From contig NW_026889790.1 of the NCBI RefSeq assembly GCF_033153115.1, forward strand, positions 3,596,001-3,660,000: DNA of 64,000 bases, given 5' to 3'. Source of the stretch: Saccostrea echinata. Lineage: Eukaryota. This document shows, one piece after another, positions 1-14,139 of this stretch. The position numbers were made by a program, and so were the translations under genes. Under the pieces are notes generated by a model that was not told the DNA's origin, did not search any database, and was given only the letters and a program-made list of their open reading frames with translations. The first letter of the stretch is position 1; each line of letters begins with the position of its first letter.

Positions 1-2246
1 TGGGTGATCTTAGGGCCAACCACCTATAGGTTGTCATCTTTTAGCTCCATTCAAGTCCATATTATAACCATAACTAAGCTAAGTAGCACTTTTACACATC
101 TTATATTTCACATTCTAAACACTTTTCTTGTTTGATCTATGCACAAAATATACACAAAAAACATAAACCAGCTCCTCTAAAAATTATTCCATTCATCTTC
201 AACCAGTCAACCATCTTCATCAAAAAATTAACTTCTTTAAAGAATTAAACAAATCTATTATCTTTACTCTCAAGAAAATTTAAATTTACAGTTCTTTTAT
301 ATTTATTTCTTTATTAACAACTGAGCATAAATCTATCATAAGAAATAATCGGGATTACTTAGCTCAGACCCTATTATTAATAGCGTAAATTAGATCTAAA
401 TACTCTCCACAAGAATGTACAAAGAGAGGTAACTCTATCTGGTATCAACCCAAACCTTCCTTTTTCTTCAACCTTTTTTTTTGTAAACACGATGCAGGTG
501 AATCAAATTGTGTGCATTTCATAAACAATTAATAATTATAAAAAACAAGACAACTTTCCATCAAACAAGATCTATAAGTGAGTCATTCAATAAGAACACT
601 TGATGAGTTACACAAGATTAAATCAATGCCTGAATGATTTGTACGATTTACCGAGTAAAGCATGCTCCTATGTAAATGAAGAGAAGGTAATACGCAAAAA
701 CATCAGTCACCGAATTCCTCTTATCAAGCTATTATCCTTCCATGCATTCTCCGTGTATGAATAAATCAACAAGATCAAAAAAAAACATTTTTTAGATTTC
801 TAACATTCAGACTTGATCTCCCTGATGATAACTTAATTTCTGAAGTAGAAATTTCTTTGACAGAAAATTTATGTAAGTCAGAAAAAAGTTCAATCATGTG
901 TGTTATCTTAGATAGATAGGATAGTAGTTATTAGGAGTGATTGTGGGGAAAAGGGAGGGGGGGGGGGGGGAGGACACAGGCACATTATAATTATCAATAA
1001 CAGTAGTCAAATACATGCATCAAAAACTCAAAATACATATAATGTATTTATACATTCACAACTCTTTCCTTCACAACTATGGTCACTACTTATTAAGGTT
1101 TTAAACATTTAAGCCAGGAGGCTCATGCACATTTATCAAATTATGACAATCTTAAAGGTTGCATCCTGAATGCTGGAGCCATAAATTCTATTTTGCCTAC
1201 TTTATAATAAAGTTAACAGTGAAAAATTGGTCAATGGTGAAGTTCACCCGGTCAAGGTTGGTAGACCACGTATATAAGGAAAACTTGCATCATTCCTGCT
1301 AGATATCAAAGGGAATTCAAAGCTATATCTCTCATGGTTTAGAAAAATTAAGACAATTTGGATCCCCATCCCACCCCCCACACCCCAAAATGAGAAAGCA
1401 ATATTATTACTGGTAGACAGTATCACTCTGCTTAGCAAGTACCCAGATAACTCCACATTGTACACGTGTAACTTTCACCACCCATCTTCATCAGACAAGG
1501 TTTCTGATCCGCCACTCTCCTCACAAACTCTTGGCCTATGATGCTAACAGAAGTCGGGATTGTTTATCAAGATGTCAAATCTTACTTCATTCGTACAGCT
1601 TGTGTCACAGACAGAAATAAAAACCCACTTTCAAATTTTAAGTATTTAAAGAATAATTAACAAGCGGTTATCGAGCGATGTTTATTTGTTATTTATAATG
1701 CAAATCTATATCTGAATGTCTGCAATAAGATAACATAATGTGGATGTCAACTTAAAAGTTGGATGATGCCATAGCTATTAAATATAGAAAGGCATTTTAT
1801 CTTACAGATCATTGTTCATTCCCAAAACTATAGAGTCAAGAAATCTACTGATTGTCATTTACTATAGCACTCAGTGACTGGTCAAATGATATCAATTTAC
1901 TCCAATCATAACTCAAGAAAAAAATCCAGATTTTTAATAGCACGATAGGCCAAGGGTTTGTCAATAGAGTAGTGGATCAGAAACCCTTGGCTAGTGAAGA
2001 TAACCACCCAAGGATATAGTTATCAAAATGTTACTAATTTAAGGAAGCTTAAAATAATCTTTTTTTGCAAGTTGCTGACCCAAATTTCTAGAGTGAATAT
2101 GTAGATTTCTTTTTCTTATAAAAATCAATTTTAGTTTATTACTTTACAAATTGGGTGATGCCAAGGTAATATTTTTCCTGCTGAGTTGATCATGACATAT
2201 ATATTGAATTAGTACAACTGATTAATAATTTTTCTAGATAATGTAC

Positions 2247-5200
2247 CATATGTGGCTGTATGTGTCATGTCCAGTTTGATAGCTTGTAGTGTAATTGTTA
2301 GGGTAATGCCAATGTTTTTGTCAGATTCTATCTCCATGATTTTCACACAGCTGTAGCAGCAGTAACATCTCTCAGGGATATATTGATTTGATTAAAGCTT
2401 TTAAGGTCTTAGCCTCCAGTGATGTGTTTAAAAACAGTTTTATGAAAGATTACATAATCTACATTGTCATCTAAAAGTAAGTAGTGATTGGGAATGGCTT
2501 GCACCATCAACCATGCACCATAGTCTCAATGAAGTAAAAAATGGTGCATAAATCAACCATGGGCGATGCCTAGGTGTGCACTCAAATTTTAGCCATATCT
2601 GTTTGAAATTTTTTGTGCACAACTTTATTAATTGTTTTACTTTCATTTTAAATGCAGTCATTTTAATACTGTACAAAAAATCTCATGGGTTACACCCAAT
2701 AAAAACTGCTTCCTATTACATGAAAAAAAAAAATATAACTTACATTTGCCACCCATATTAAGACATCCCTTCCAATCATTTTGAAATGCACAATATGCAT
2801 TGAACCTTAAAAAACTTCTTTATCAGAAATGTGATCTTTTTTTAGCAAGAACTGGATTGATTTAGAAAGCACATCTTTGCTTGTTTGTGGATTTTATAAA
2901 CCATTTCCTAGATACATTTTTCTCTTTTACAAGATGTTTTAAACACAGAATAACTAGTCCATTTTGAACTATCATCCTCAAATTCCCAACAGTCAGAGTC
3001 TACTTTGTCCTTTTGTTTAACATCTTGTGATTTATGATCACAGTTACAATTTATGTGAGGTAAATGTCTTATTAACAGTACAGGTTTGACCAAAGTACTT
3101 ACATATGAAACTGTAACAAAAGTGGCAAAGAAAAAAGTTTCCATACATTTTTCACATATGCATAATAATTTATATATTTTCATGAAAACTACTCAATATG
3201 ACTCAAAGCTCGCATATGATGTAAATCTACCAACTTAATATGCAAGCTGCTGAAACCTTAAAAAAATATGTGTGTCTTTCACACACATTATGAGGAATAT
3301 ATAACACTGTCTGCTTTAATCACACTAGACTTTGAAGCTGCATATGCCATATTGAACTTAATGGATGATTAGCAAATTTAGGAACCCAATACAGAACAAG
3401 AGGCCCATGGGCCTTGATGGTCACCTGAGTAACATAAGTCTCAGGCTCCAACCACTTTACCCCTACCTGGAACTGGCCTCATGTAACAAAATTTTTTTCA
3501 GTATGGTGAAGACACTGTTATAATTACATGTATGCTAAATATACAGGAGGAAAGAAGAAGATTTTTAAAGAATTTATGCATATGATCAATATAGCCTTGC
3601 CCTAACACCAGAACCTCTGACCCTTGGGCCATGGATTTCACAATTATGCTTATTATAATCATGCCGACAACTTGGCTGCTTGATGTCTAAAAATAAAGAA
3701 GAAGATTTAAGAAGAAAACAAGAGATGTTTGTGAAACACTTATCCCCCCCCCCCCCCCCAAATACTTGGAATTTTTCAAAATCCAAGGGGCATTACTCTG
3801 TCAAAAATTGCTCGATTGTACCAAAAACAGAACTTGACCTAGATATTTTTATGATAAATCTGCATACCAAATTTCATTTCAGTATTTGCAACCTCTGCGA
3901 AAAAATGAACGGAAACTGCAAATAATTGGAATTTTTCAAAGTCAAAGAAGGGGCATAACTCTGTCAAAAATTGCTTGATCGTACCCAAAACAAAATATGA
4001 CCTAGATATTTCTATGATAAATCTGTATACCAAATTTCATTTCAGTATGTGCAACCTCTGCCAAGAAAATGAACGGAAACTGTTAGTGGACTGACAGACA
4101 GACAGACCAACTGACAGACAGCAGCAAAGCAATATGCCCTCCCTTCTTCGAAGGGGGGCATAAAGATTACATTAATTTTGATGGTTTTAGCCCCACCCCT
4201 CATGCCCCAGGGAGGCAGAGATCACAAAATTCACAATTCACCCTAACCCTAACCCTTTGCCCATAGATACTACACAGCGAAACTTGTCTAATCCCATCAC
4301 CATTGCTTTCAGAGAAATTTGTCAGATTGGACACATTTCAGATTAGACAATATTTTGCTGAATACTGCTGAAAAGGACTACAGTTTTGATCATAATAGAC
4401 AAGATTTTGGAATACACATCCAGATTTTTCTGTATATCAAAATTTTGATACAAATTAAGCCAATTAAATCACAGTGAATCTTTAGTGGAATAAATCCATA
4501 TTCTGGAGAAACTGCAACTCAGTCATGTCAAATCAATAAATTTCAGGTAGATCTTTACCACTGCCAACTGGAAACTTTCACTCAGAACTGGGTGCAGGTA
4601 AACTTCTGGTAATGACTTGACTCTGTGGGTACAAACTGATTTGATAATGAGCTGTTTAGGACACAGACTAAACAGCTGATGAAATATGCACATCCATCTT
4701 GCCCACTTCTTATGGACTTGGGACACATAATAAATTTCAATGTCAGTACAGGATTAATCTATTTTCTATAAACTTTCCTAAAAATATTATTTAAAGGAGG
4801 ACAAGCAGTAGTTATACTTTTATAATATGGAACTTTTTCCTCCTTGCACTACTAAAATACTTCAAACTATCTATACATTATTATAACATGAATCAGACGT
4901 GGATCCAGGAATTTAAGTTAGGGGGGTGCAAAAAGTAGGTAAGGGGACTGGGGGCCCCCAGTGGGTCCAAAGCGAAGCCCTGGTGGAGGCCCAGGGGGCG
5001 AAGCTCCTGGATTCTAGAGATTTTTTAGGGTAAAAATGAGGTCTACCGAGTAGACATTTTTACATTTTCTTGACGAAACTATGATTTGTACTATCTTTGA
5101 CAATTTTAGGGGGGGCACCCGGTGCCCCCCCCCCCCCTTAAATCCGCCACTGTGAATCACTCACAAACTAATATTACAATATCATGTAGCATAATGTGAC

Positions 5201-5965
5201 ATCATAACATTAAAGAGTGACATCACAGTAGCCAATCAAATGCTCACCAGAGGTTCTCTAAAATAACAGAGAAACAAAAAAGAATCAGACTGTTTGAGGG
5301 TGATGAAATGGGAGAAATAACGATACTTATCATACTAACCTAATATTTTGAAGGACTGAATTCAAAAAATCGTTTTCTTTGTGCTCTTCCTCCTGGAGAA
5401 TTTTATCCTTTGTATAATTACACAATTGGACCACTTGTTAGATACAAATTTAATTTCTTTTCACAAAGTAAAAACAAAATGGCTACATCAGTTTTAACAC
5501 GAGTAGTATAAGTGACTTTTTTCTAAGAGAAATGCTACCGTCCACAAATTATAACAGAGTAAAATCGGGTTCAATTTCATTAAAAAGAAATATTTTTATC
5601 AGTCTGCATAGACACTGCAGATAAATAGTGTAAAGTGTAAAATACTTCCAGGAAAATGGCACAAAAATGAAAATCGGTGAACATTGTTTTAAGTGGACAC
5701 TTTTATAATTTAGCAATACGGAAGAAAACATGGTATGTTTTCACTGACTAACATTTTAAAGGACTTCCCTGTTCCTCGGCTACTGAGGATGCAAGACCGT
5801 TTCCGTAACACCCTGTCCTGCAGTTAAGCAGTATTTACACTCTTTATAATATAAATTATCTATATATATGAAATTAAAAGTTTTTTGCTTAGTACCTGTT
5901 AAAACTTGCGGTCAAAGCACGGTTGGACTACACTCACACAAATCAGTTGACATGCAATCCGCCAT
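2247..5965 (-). CDS. Putative multi-exon orphan gene, partial model. Candidate exons 5938-5965, ~5340-5433, 4559-4667, ~2933-3068, 2247-2350
   Basis: ATG GCG GAT TGC... at 5965 followed by a GTGAGT donor. Open, phase-compatible GT-AG exons DKILQEEEHKENDFLNSVLQNI and SLCPKQLIIKSVCTHRVKSLPEVYLHPVLSESFQLAV. Segment CWEFEDDSSKWTSYS is weakly WWE-like. The full exon chain could not be closed. Confidence 0.3.
3396..4163 (-). mobile_element. Two nested non-autonomous Helentron/pearl-type elements (~160-bp core repeats, GACA microsatellite)
   Basis: Termini aacaagaggcccatgggcc (3396) and aacaagagatgtttgtgaaacac (3718). Core repeated at 3768 and 3928, (gaca)n at ~4093-4121, end ggggggcataaa. Confidence 0.7.
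4894..5152. mobile_element. MITE with G/C-run TIRs and 5-bp TSD (TGAAT)
   Basis: cagacgtggatcc...aatccgccactg imperfect TIRs; tgaat on both flanks. Confidence 0.7.
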
Positions 5966-6160
5966 AGCGAAGGGGAAGTGGTTTGACGTCACGAGACGTT
6001 GGACGAAGTTGTTTCCCTTGTTTGTCTGCATCTTGATGGCGCCAAAACTAAATCAAAGAATTAAATCAATAATAAACTATTAATGAAACTTCTGAAATAA
6101 GAGAGCCGTGGACAGAATATATAGAGGAAAAAACTTCTCAAGAACAAAATGGCGGCTGTT
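5960..6160. promoter_or_regulatory. Housekeeping-type promoter region (ETS, CRE, YY1 motifs)
   Basis: GGAAGTG 5974-5980, perfect CRE TGACGTCA 5984-5991, YY1-like AAAATGGCGGC ~6146-6156, locally CpG-enriched. Confidence 0.45.
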
Positions 6161-6966
6161 CAATAAATCAAATCAGTATTTTTTTCAACACCAGGCAGAT
6201 TCAAGTTTCTGCAGCATGCATTTATAATTAAGCAGCGGATTTAAAACTTTTTTGTAATTAGTTCTTTTCCCATCCCAATTATTTTTAACCATGAGATACA
6301 AATTTGCAGCTTGTTAAACTTTTACAGGTGTTGTATTTTTTCTTAAGTTGATTTGCATTTTGCTCTTTTAACAGTTGTTTAATTTCTAAATTTTTGAATT
6401 ATTTGTGCATAATTTTAGAGAGTGTTACTTTTATCTATTTGTTATGACGTTCTGCAGGTTCCATGCATTTCGCTCGGCCAAGTAAATCAAAATTAAGGAC
6501 TACTGACCCTCTGCTCTAAATTTCACAATTTTTTTTTTAAACTTCCCATCATTGATTGTCATCAAGCATCAGATTCAAATCAAAAATAGTATGAGGTAGG
6601 AAGCACTGTTTATTTCTTCAGAAATGATTTTTATGTCAGAAATATATGAAGAAATTTTAACACAGAGAATAGAAAGAGTAATAATTTATTATCACAACAT
6701 AAAATTAAAAATATGAGGTGTAATATGAAAATAATATTTAGTGTCATGAAGCGTTGCTTCCTGATTGAGTCAGAAGTCAGGCATGGATCCAGGAATTTTT
6801 TCCAGAGGGGGTCCATCCCAGTCAAAAAAAATTCCNNNNNNNNNNNNNNNNNNNNNNNNNNNNNNNNNNNNNNNNNNNNNNNNNNNNNNNNNNNNNNNNN
6901 NNNNNNNNNNNNNNNNNNNNNNNNNNNNNNNNNNNNNNNNNNNNNNNNNNNNNNNNNNNNNNNNNN

Positions 6967-9900
6967 ATGTAGGCGGGAATCGAGAGTAAGCGTGCGTAGT
7001 TCTTACAATAATAACAAAATTTGGCGGATTTAGGAATTTTCAAACTGTAAAGACAAGGAAGGAGTAAATGGGAAGAAGGAGTTTTTCCTCTTAAAAACAA
7101 AACATTTAATTTCTGCATTTCCTTGCAGGCAAATAATTTGGTAGCTTTTTTGACGCGGGAAAAGGGGTGGTGGGTTCACATACAACAAAAGAACAAACTT
7201 TTAGAAGGGTCTTGAGTAACATTTTTTGATATATGTATTTATACTAGAAATATATTACTGAAAATTATAATAACATAATTTTTGCATATAGTGTAAAATA
7301 TCTAGCAATATCTTTCGGTGTTTCTTTTTACCCTAGGAAAAGTACCTCTATTTGTGAATTTTTATATGTGTCTTATGTAAATCGTTTTAATGGCTAATGT
7401 TAGATCTGTAAAAACATTCGTGGTAGTGACATGGGGGGGGGGGGGGGTCGTACATACTAAATTTCCAACAATTCATATCCTATACAGTAGTGCTCTCTCA
7501 ATAAAGACGCCTGTGACTTTTTTTTTATTTTTTGTCAAGGGAATTATGTTGGGCTCCCCCCTCCCCTTCCCCCGCACTGAAATTGCTTTTCCTTGACTGA
7601 GATCAACTGTTTTTACATAGGGTAAAAGACCTTTATGATTTTTATTAGTATTTCTGATATAAATGCATATACCAACAAATATTACCCAAGATCCTACTAA
7701 AAGTCTCCCCCCATTTTTCTGGGTATATATAAGCCTTTAATCCCCCCCCCCCATCAGAAAATCTATTGAATTATTTGCCTGCAAGGAAATGTGGGAATTA
7801 GATGTTTTGTATTTAAGAGGGAATACTCTTTCCTCCTATTATTCCTTCCTTGCCTTCACTGTTTAAAAATTAAAAAATTTTGTAATTAAGGTTAATAAAT
7901 CCTCTGCTCACTCATATAAAATGTTTCTTAAACTCTTATTTTTAAGACTTTATTATTTTTTAAGTAAAATACAAACAATTATAGCATAGCTTGCGGGGCA
8001 AAATTGGACAAAAAAGACCCTTCAACTTGACAAGATTATAAAGGAATAGACATATATATCATTAAGAATTGTCTCTCTTATCAGAGTATCGATGAAGCTT
8101 AATATTATTGTTATCTATCATAGGGTTTATTCAATTAAGCATGCGTATTAAAGATAACAAAACAGGCAATATCATCTACGAACAGTGTGCAGTTGGCAGT
8201 AAGCTGTGAGCAGTTGGCAGTAAGCAGTGAGCAGTTGACAGTAAGCAGTTGGCTGTCGTATATGGAATTCCATACAAATTCCTTTCTTTCCCTATCCCAT
8301 GGAATTCCATATATACGACAACCAACTGCTTACTGCCAACTGCCGCGCATATTTGAATAAATTTTCATATTTATATAGATATTTATGTGAATTTTCATAA
8401 AACATTACTCATTGGGAAAACAAAGAGATGTAAGTCTTTAATTTGGTAAAACTTTGTTTTTCACTATAGAAATTAATGGAAAACAATTCAGTTGTTATGA
8501 ATTGTTATTCCACAAAATCATACCATGTAAAGGTTTTGTTGTTTCACGGGGGGGGGGGGGGGGGGATGTGTTTAAAGACTAAAAACAGGAAAATAATCAT
8601 GTGTTTAAAGACTAAAAACAGGAAAATAATCATTTTATTACCAATTTCAAATGAGATAACAAATAAAAAAATGTACTTTATCAATCTTATATGTTGAATT
8701 TTACATTAGTTAAACATACGGTGAGATTTAAGAGTCATTTCTCCATTTCCATGAGTATTTGAAGATCTGGTGATGTGTTCAGTCTGATTTAAATTGATAA
8801 AATTTTCTACCCTCTTATGAAAGGAGTGGTAAATAAGAGCAATTTAACTTTTTGACACTGGTTCTTAAAATTATCAATCCAAATACTAATGAACTTTTCT
8901 TTGCATTCAAACAAATTTTAATTCAATGGCCAAATTGCCATTTGTATTGAAATAAATGGATGTAAAATGGCGGAAATCGAGAGTTAGCGTGCGTAGTACT
9001 TAATAATAACAAAAAAATTGGCGGATCGAGGAATTTTAACAGTAGAGACGAGGAAGGAGTAAATCGGAAGAAGGAATATTTCCGCTAAAAACCAAAAGAT
9101 TTAATTTCCACATTTCCTGCAGGCAATAATTTGGTAGCTTTTTTGACGCTGGGTGGGTGGGTGGTGGTGGTGGGGGTCACATAAATGTGCGACAAAGGAA
9201 CCAACTTTTAGTAGGGTCTTGAGTAACATTTGTTGGTATATGTATTTATACTAGAAATATTACTGAAAATTATAATAACATAACTTTTGTCTTGTGTAAA
9301 ATATCTAGCGATATTTGTCGGTGTTTCTTTTTACCCTACGAAAAGTACCTGTATTTGGGAATTTTTATATATGTCTTATGTAAATCGTTTTAATGGCTAA
9401 TGTTAGATCTGTAAAAACATTCGTGGTGGTGGTGGTGGGGGGGGGGGGCGGCGTCCCCACTAAATTTCCAACATATACTATACAGTAGTGCTCCCTCAAT
9501 AAAGACGCCTGTGACCTTTTTATCCCTTGTCAAGGGATTTATGTTGGGTTGTGCCCCCCCCCCCTTTTCCTGCACTGAAATTGCTTCCTTGCCTAAGATC
9601 AACTCTTTTAACATAGAGTAAAATGCCTTGTATTATGATATTTTATTAGTATTTCTGATATAAATGCACATACTAGCAAATATTACCCAAGATCCTATTA
9701 AAATGTTGTCCTCCCCCATATTTTCTGACGTATATAAGCTTTTAAACCCCCCACCCTCCCACCCCAAAAAGCCATTGAATTATTTGCCTGCAAGGAAATG
9801 TGGGAATTAGATGTTTAATTTGCATTTAAAAGGAAATACTCTTTCCTCCTTTTTATTCCTTTCTCGCCTTCACCGTTTAAAAATTCCTGAATCCGCCAAT

Positions 9901-10200
9901 TTTCGTTATTACTGTAATCTATCATAGGGTTTATTTACATTAAGCATGCGTATTCAAGATATCAAAGATAACAAAACAGGCAATCTTTGAGCAGTGGCAA
10001 TTGGCAGTAGGCACTGAGCTGTTGGCAGTAAGCAGTGAGCAGTTGGCAGTAAGCAGTGAACAGCTGGCGGTAAGCAGTGGCAATTGGCAGTAAGCAGTGG
10101 CAATTGGCAGTAAGCAGTGGCAATTGGCAGTAAGCAGTGAGCAGTTGGCAATAAGCAGTGAGCAGTTGGCAGTATAAGCAGTGAGCAGCTGGCAGTAAAA
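6967..10200. repeat. ~2-kb-period tandem duplication of a ~930-bp foldback element (long imperfect TIRs), each copy followed by a gcagttggcagtaagcagtga minisatellite
   Basis: 6970-7890 aligns with 8968-9915. Each copy's ends are reverse complements (e.g. catttcc(t)tgcaggc..ataatt / aattatttgcctgcaaggaaatg). Shared downstream atctatcatagggtttat...aaacaggcaat. Confidence 0.75.
9990..10197. repeat. Minisatellite, 20-21-bp unit gcagttggcagtaagcagtga, ~10 copies
   Basis: Directly visible; it explains the repetitive ORFs at 9940-10253. Confidence 0.9.
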
Positions 10201-11949
10201 AAAAAACAAAAAACAAAAAAACCAAAAAAAAAACCCGTATAATTCATTTCCAAAACGTAAAAAACTCCTATTTAGTGGTGGTGATGGTGGGGTCCACGTT
10301 TTCTAGGGGGAATGGTGGTCCAAAGTCATTTTTTATTTGCTTCAGTATACTTTTACTAACTCTGCAAATTCCGGGGGGGGGGGGTTCCGGACCCCCCTCT
10401 AGATCCGCGCATGTATACAATGTTATATATGGTTGTAAGAAAAGAATACATCTGTTTGCAAGAGTTATCTTTCTTATAAATATTTCTTCATTGGAAAAAA
10501 TATGTAATATTAATTAAAAAAAATTTATATTTGGTAGTTGATACATGAAACCAAAGGAAATACAAGGCAATGTTTCCATCATATATGTTATATTTGATCG
10601 ATAACTACTCAGTGATCTCGATAATTAAACTCTGATCAAGTAAATTATGAGTTAATGTTACCACGAGGGGTATTCTCTTTAGAGAAGTGGACAGGCTTTC
10701 GCCTACATCTCTAAAGAGAATACAGGAGATGTTCAAAGTTTTACATTGGGATATACAATGTATAGACGATTTTTTTTTTTTTAAAAATCTGATGAAGAAC
10801 AGCAGGATGACTATGTTTCATATAATCAAGTAAGTGAAGCCATGCATGGCGAATCTTCTTTCATGAACACGATTACGCCGGTAAAGTGTGGTGTCCCATG
10901 GGCCTTTTGTTTTAAATTTTAACAACCTGTTCTAGAGTATATACTAATTTGAATGTTAAGCTTAAAAATATTTTTCCTGCATGTGGTTCATATAGCTAAT
11001 AACTTTGGGAGTAGACCATATTTTGGGGAATTCTAAAATTCTCTTTACATGCGCGGATCTAGAATGCAGGGGGGGGGGGGGTGTCTGGACCCCTGGATTT
11101 TGCGAGTTATTTAATGTACATGGTAAACAACTAAAAAATGACCCCCCCCCTTAGAAATGCGGACCCTGTTAAGTTGATAGGAAGAGTCATACATAGGAAG
11201 GTTAAGAACTGAAGGAAAGCGTCTCTCTCTCTCTCTCTTACGAAATATGTTTTTGACGTTTGGGAAAGGAGTTTTTTTTTTTTTTGGAATGGGGTGTATT
11301 CCCCCCATCCTCTGGAAACAAATCCTGGATTCGCGTCTGCTGTATTTTTTCTGCAAAGTAATAAAACTTGTAACTTTTAATTTATAAAATGAAATACACA
11401 AAAAGAGAGAATATTCGCGACGGTGTATCATATAGGCCTGGTTGTTAAAAGGTCCTCAACTGTTCAATAAAATTTGTTCTAAGAATATACATATTGAATA
11501 ATTAAATTGGCCGATTATATAAGAATTAAAAAAAATTATTTCATTTTATTCTTTTTTCTTTCTTTCTTTTTTAATTTTACTTTTTTCCCGCATCGCCCAG
11601 TATGCTGCGACTTTGAACAGTGTATTGGGTGATACAATATTCCTTAAAGTAATTTCACTATTTAACTTTCCCCACAGTCGATTGAATGGTATCTTACAAG
11701 TTAAGTATTGACTGATTTTAAATTGTAAACCATCTAGTCTAGCTGTTACCAAAAGGTAACCGACTTGCTTTGAACCATTTCCCAAATCCGAATATGATTG
11801 GAACGCATTAACTAAAACCATTAAACCGGATATAAAAGTTCTTGCACAGCTTTGAGAAATAGAACGGTTTTATTTTTTTGGAAAAGACATACTTTACGAA
11901 AAAATATATGTGAAAGTGTTGGGTCATCTTACGATTTCCTAATTACACA

Positions 11950-12120
11950 ACAGCGAGGAACAAGGAAATCAGTTGGTTATATTTCATTCGGACAGGAAAA
12001 GTAAGAAAATATTTAAAAAAAAAAAATAATAATTCAGGTGGCCAAATAAAGCTACGGTATGTAGTAATTGAATCCACACTTCTCAAAAGTTATGTCCCTT
12101 GGCCGCCATCTTTGGGGAAA
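11950..12120 (+). promoter_or_regulatory. Candidate promoter / non-coding first exon of DNAJC21
   Basis: Donor AA|GTAAGA at 12001 and YY1-type GGCCGCCATCTTTG at ~12101-12114. The DNAJC21 ATG directly follows an acceptor AG, so an upstream UTR exon is expected. Confidence 0.4.
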
Positions 12121-12373
12121 AACTCATAACAATATGCACCTTGTTATTTCATGAACTAAAGTATCGGTGTCCGATATGCATTGCAATAATTTTTTTCCTT
12201 GGGTAAAATTAGACCAATCCACAGAGTTTAAACATTTTTCCTTCTGCCATGTTATAACCATAAGTTCACGTCCCTGTAGGTATTCAGCTTACATAAAATC
12301 CTTTTCGCAAACAGGTGTGCATTGCCAACTCCCCGTAGATATGTTTTCATGAATACTTTTGTGTAATAGATAC

Positions 12374-13396
12374 TAGGGCTGGGATGATATCATACATGTG
12401 ATATGTACCGGCTGTACGCAAAATGTACAGTTTTTCGAGCCCATTCATCGTGTACCGGCGGGACACCAAAATTCACGGAATATGAAAATTTGTACAGTAT
12501 TTTGAATTTCTCGCTAAATGCCGCTATTTTCCTCTCATTCTCGCTCGCGAGACACTGGAAACGTCACCTGTGTTTGACACTTGACCTTCTGATAATTGTG
12601 TAGTGTACACAAACCATCGCGTGCGAAGGTCTGAACTGCCAATTGGGATAATTATATTGCTATAAATCCGTATCAAATACCTCTTTATATAGCTTTAGCT
12701 TTATTTTTTAAGGGGTACTTAATTACTGTTAATGTTTCGTATACGTAACTTGATTGAAAAAAAATTAAGCCAACTTCTAAAGTTGATATACATGACTTAA
12801 TATACGTGAATCTGACCCAGATCTTCGTAGGTATAAAATATACGATGTTTATTACAATGAATACTATGGAATTTCAGAAGAATTTAAGCGATATTTTATA
12901 CCATTTTTTGTACCGTTTTTTGATAGGCAGTGTACAGTTTTTTCACCCAAATTCCAGTTTTTTTATGGCTCCTGTACAATTTTGTGGTCTTTGACTTATC
13001 ACATGTATGCGATATATCAAGTTATCGATAATATCGATTCTGTGTGAGGATAGTATGCATATCGTTACCTATGAAGAAATATAGAAATATCGAAATATCG
13101 CCCAAAAAATTCTGACTTATGTTTTTCTTTGTTTACTTAACATTTTGGGTTTAACATATAAATATAAATGTAAAATACATAATAATTAACACCACTTGTG
13201 TAAAATAATTTTGTTTTACAACAGATATACAACTTCTTTGAATAGATTATTCTTATTTGTGAAGAATTGTTTTGTTCATTTCAATACAAAAAAAAAGATT
13301 TTATAACCAATTCAGCATATCATGATACATATTGTATCATGGCTCAGATATCATGATATGTATCAATATAGAAAAAGTTGTATCATCCCAGCCCAA
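12374..13396. mobile_element. Non-autonomous hAT element (probably with a nested insertion)
   Basis: TIRs tagggctgggatgata / tatcatcccagcccaa and a perfect 8-bp TSD ATAGATAC (12366-12373, 13397-13404). Confidence 0.85.
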
Positions 13397-14139
13397 ATAG
13401 ATACACATGAAGACTGTGTCACTGATGAAAATCATCGAGCTAAGCAAGAATTTTAAGATTTTATTTACCAACAGCAATGATAAATCTACCCAACATTCAT
13501 CACTGAGAATATTATGATGTTTTTTTTCCTCTGTGAACAAAAGCAGCATTTTGTACTTTTCCCCCCTATTATTGAGGTTTATTCATGGTAAATCAGAGGT
13601 TTATTCATGGTAAATCAAATGTATAGGAGAATACCTATATAATTCTGTCTACTGTTCATCATACTTTTAAAGTTAATGAGTAAAAAGTCTTATTGAATGT
13701 ATTCTCATGATTTCTTTTACATCTATTCAAATGTTTGAAAAAATGCTTTTTTCTGATATTCATTTACATTGTTTTTTAAGCAATTTTCAGTTAACATTCT
13801 TGATTTCCCTATATAGGGCAATTGTTCTATGACCAGTCTTAGAATAGTTGTTTAAGTATGATACTGTTCTGAGTGACAATCATGAAACTGTGACTTTTTG
13901 TATGCTCTGAATAAGAAAATAAATGTTTAAATATAAAGCTTAAACTAGCATTGCGACTTAGTGTGAAAAGTATATGATTTTGTTAGTTTTGATATTTTGT
14001 GACCTGAGATGGATCTCGCCACAGTATGAAGCTTGAGTCTCATGTACCAATAATGAAAACTGTTGTATATTTGAATTTATTCTAATCCATGCTTTTAAGA
14101 AATGCATTCTCTGTTGTAATAATATTTTGTATCATTTAG

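Noticed and set aside
1-480. G/T-skewed minus strand suggesting a mitochondrial insertion or further exons
   Set aside because: No recognisable mitochondrial or nuclear protein motif; the frames I translated contained stops. A BLAST search would be needed.
4240-4256. Interstitial telomeric (CCCTAA)n
   Set aside because: Fewer than three units; too short to be meaningful.
6713-7118. ORFs spanning N-runs (also 39254-39511 and 61206-61618)
   Set aside because: Artefacts of assembly gaps.
9940-10253. Cys/Leu-rich repetitive ORFs in three frames
   Set aside because: Translations of a 20-21-bp minisatellite.
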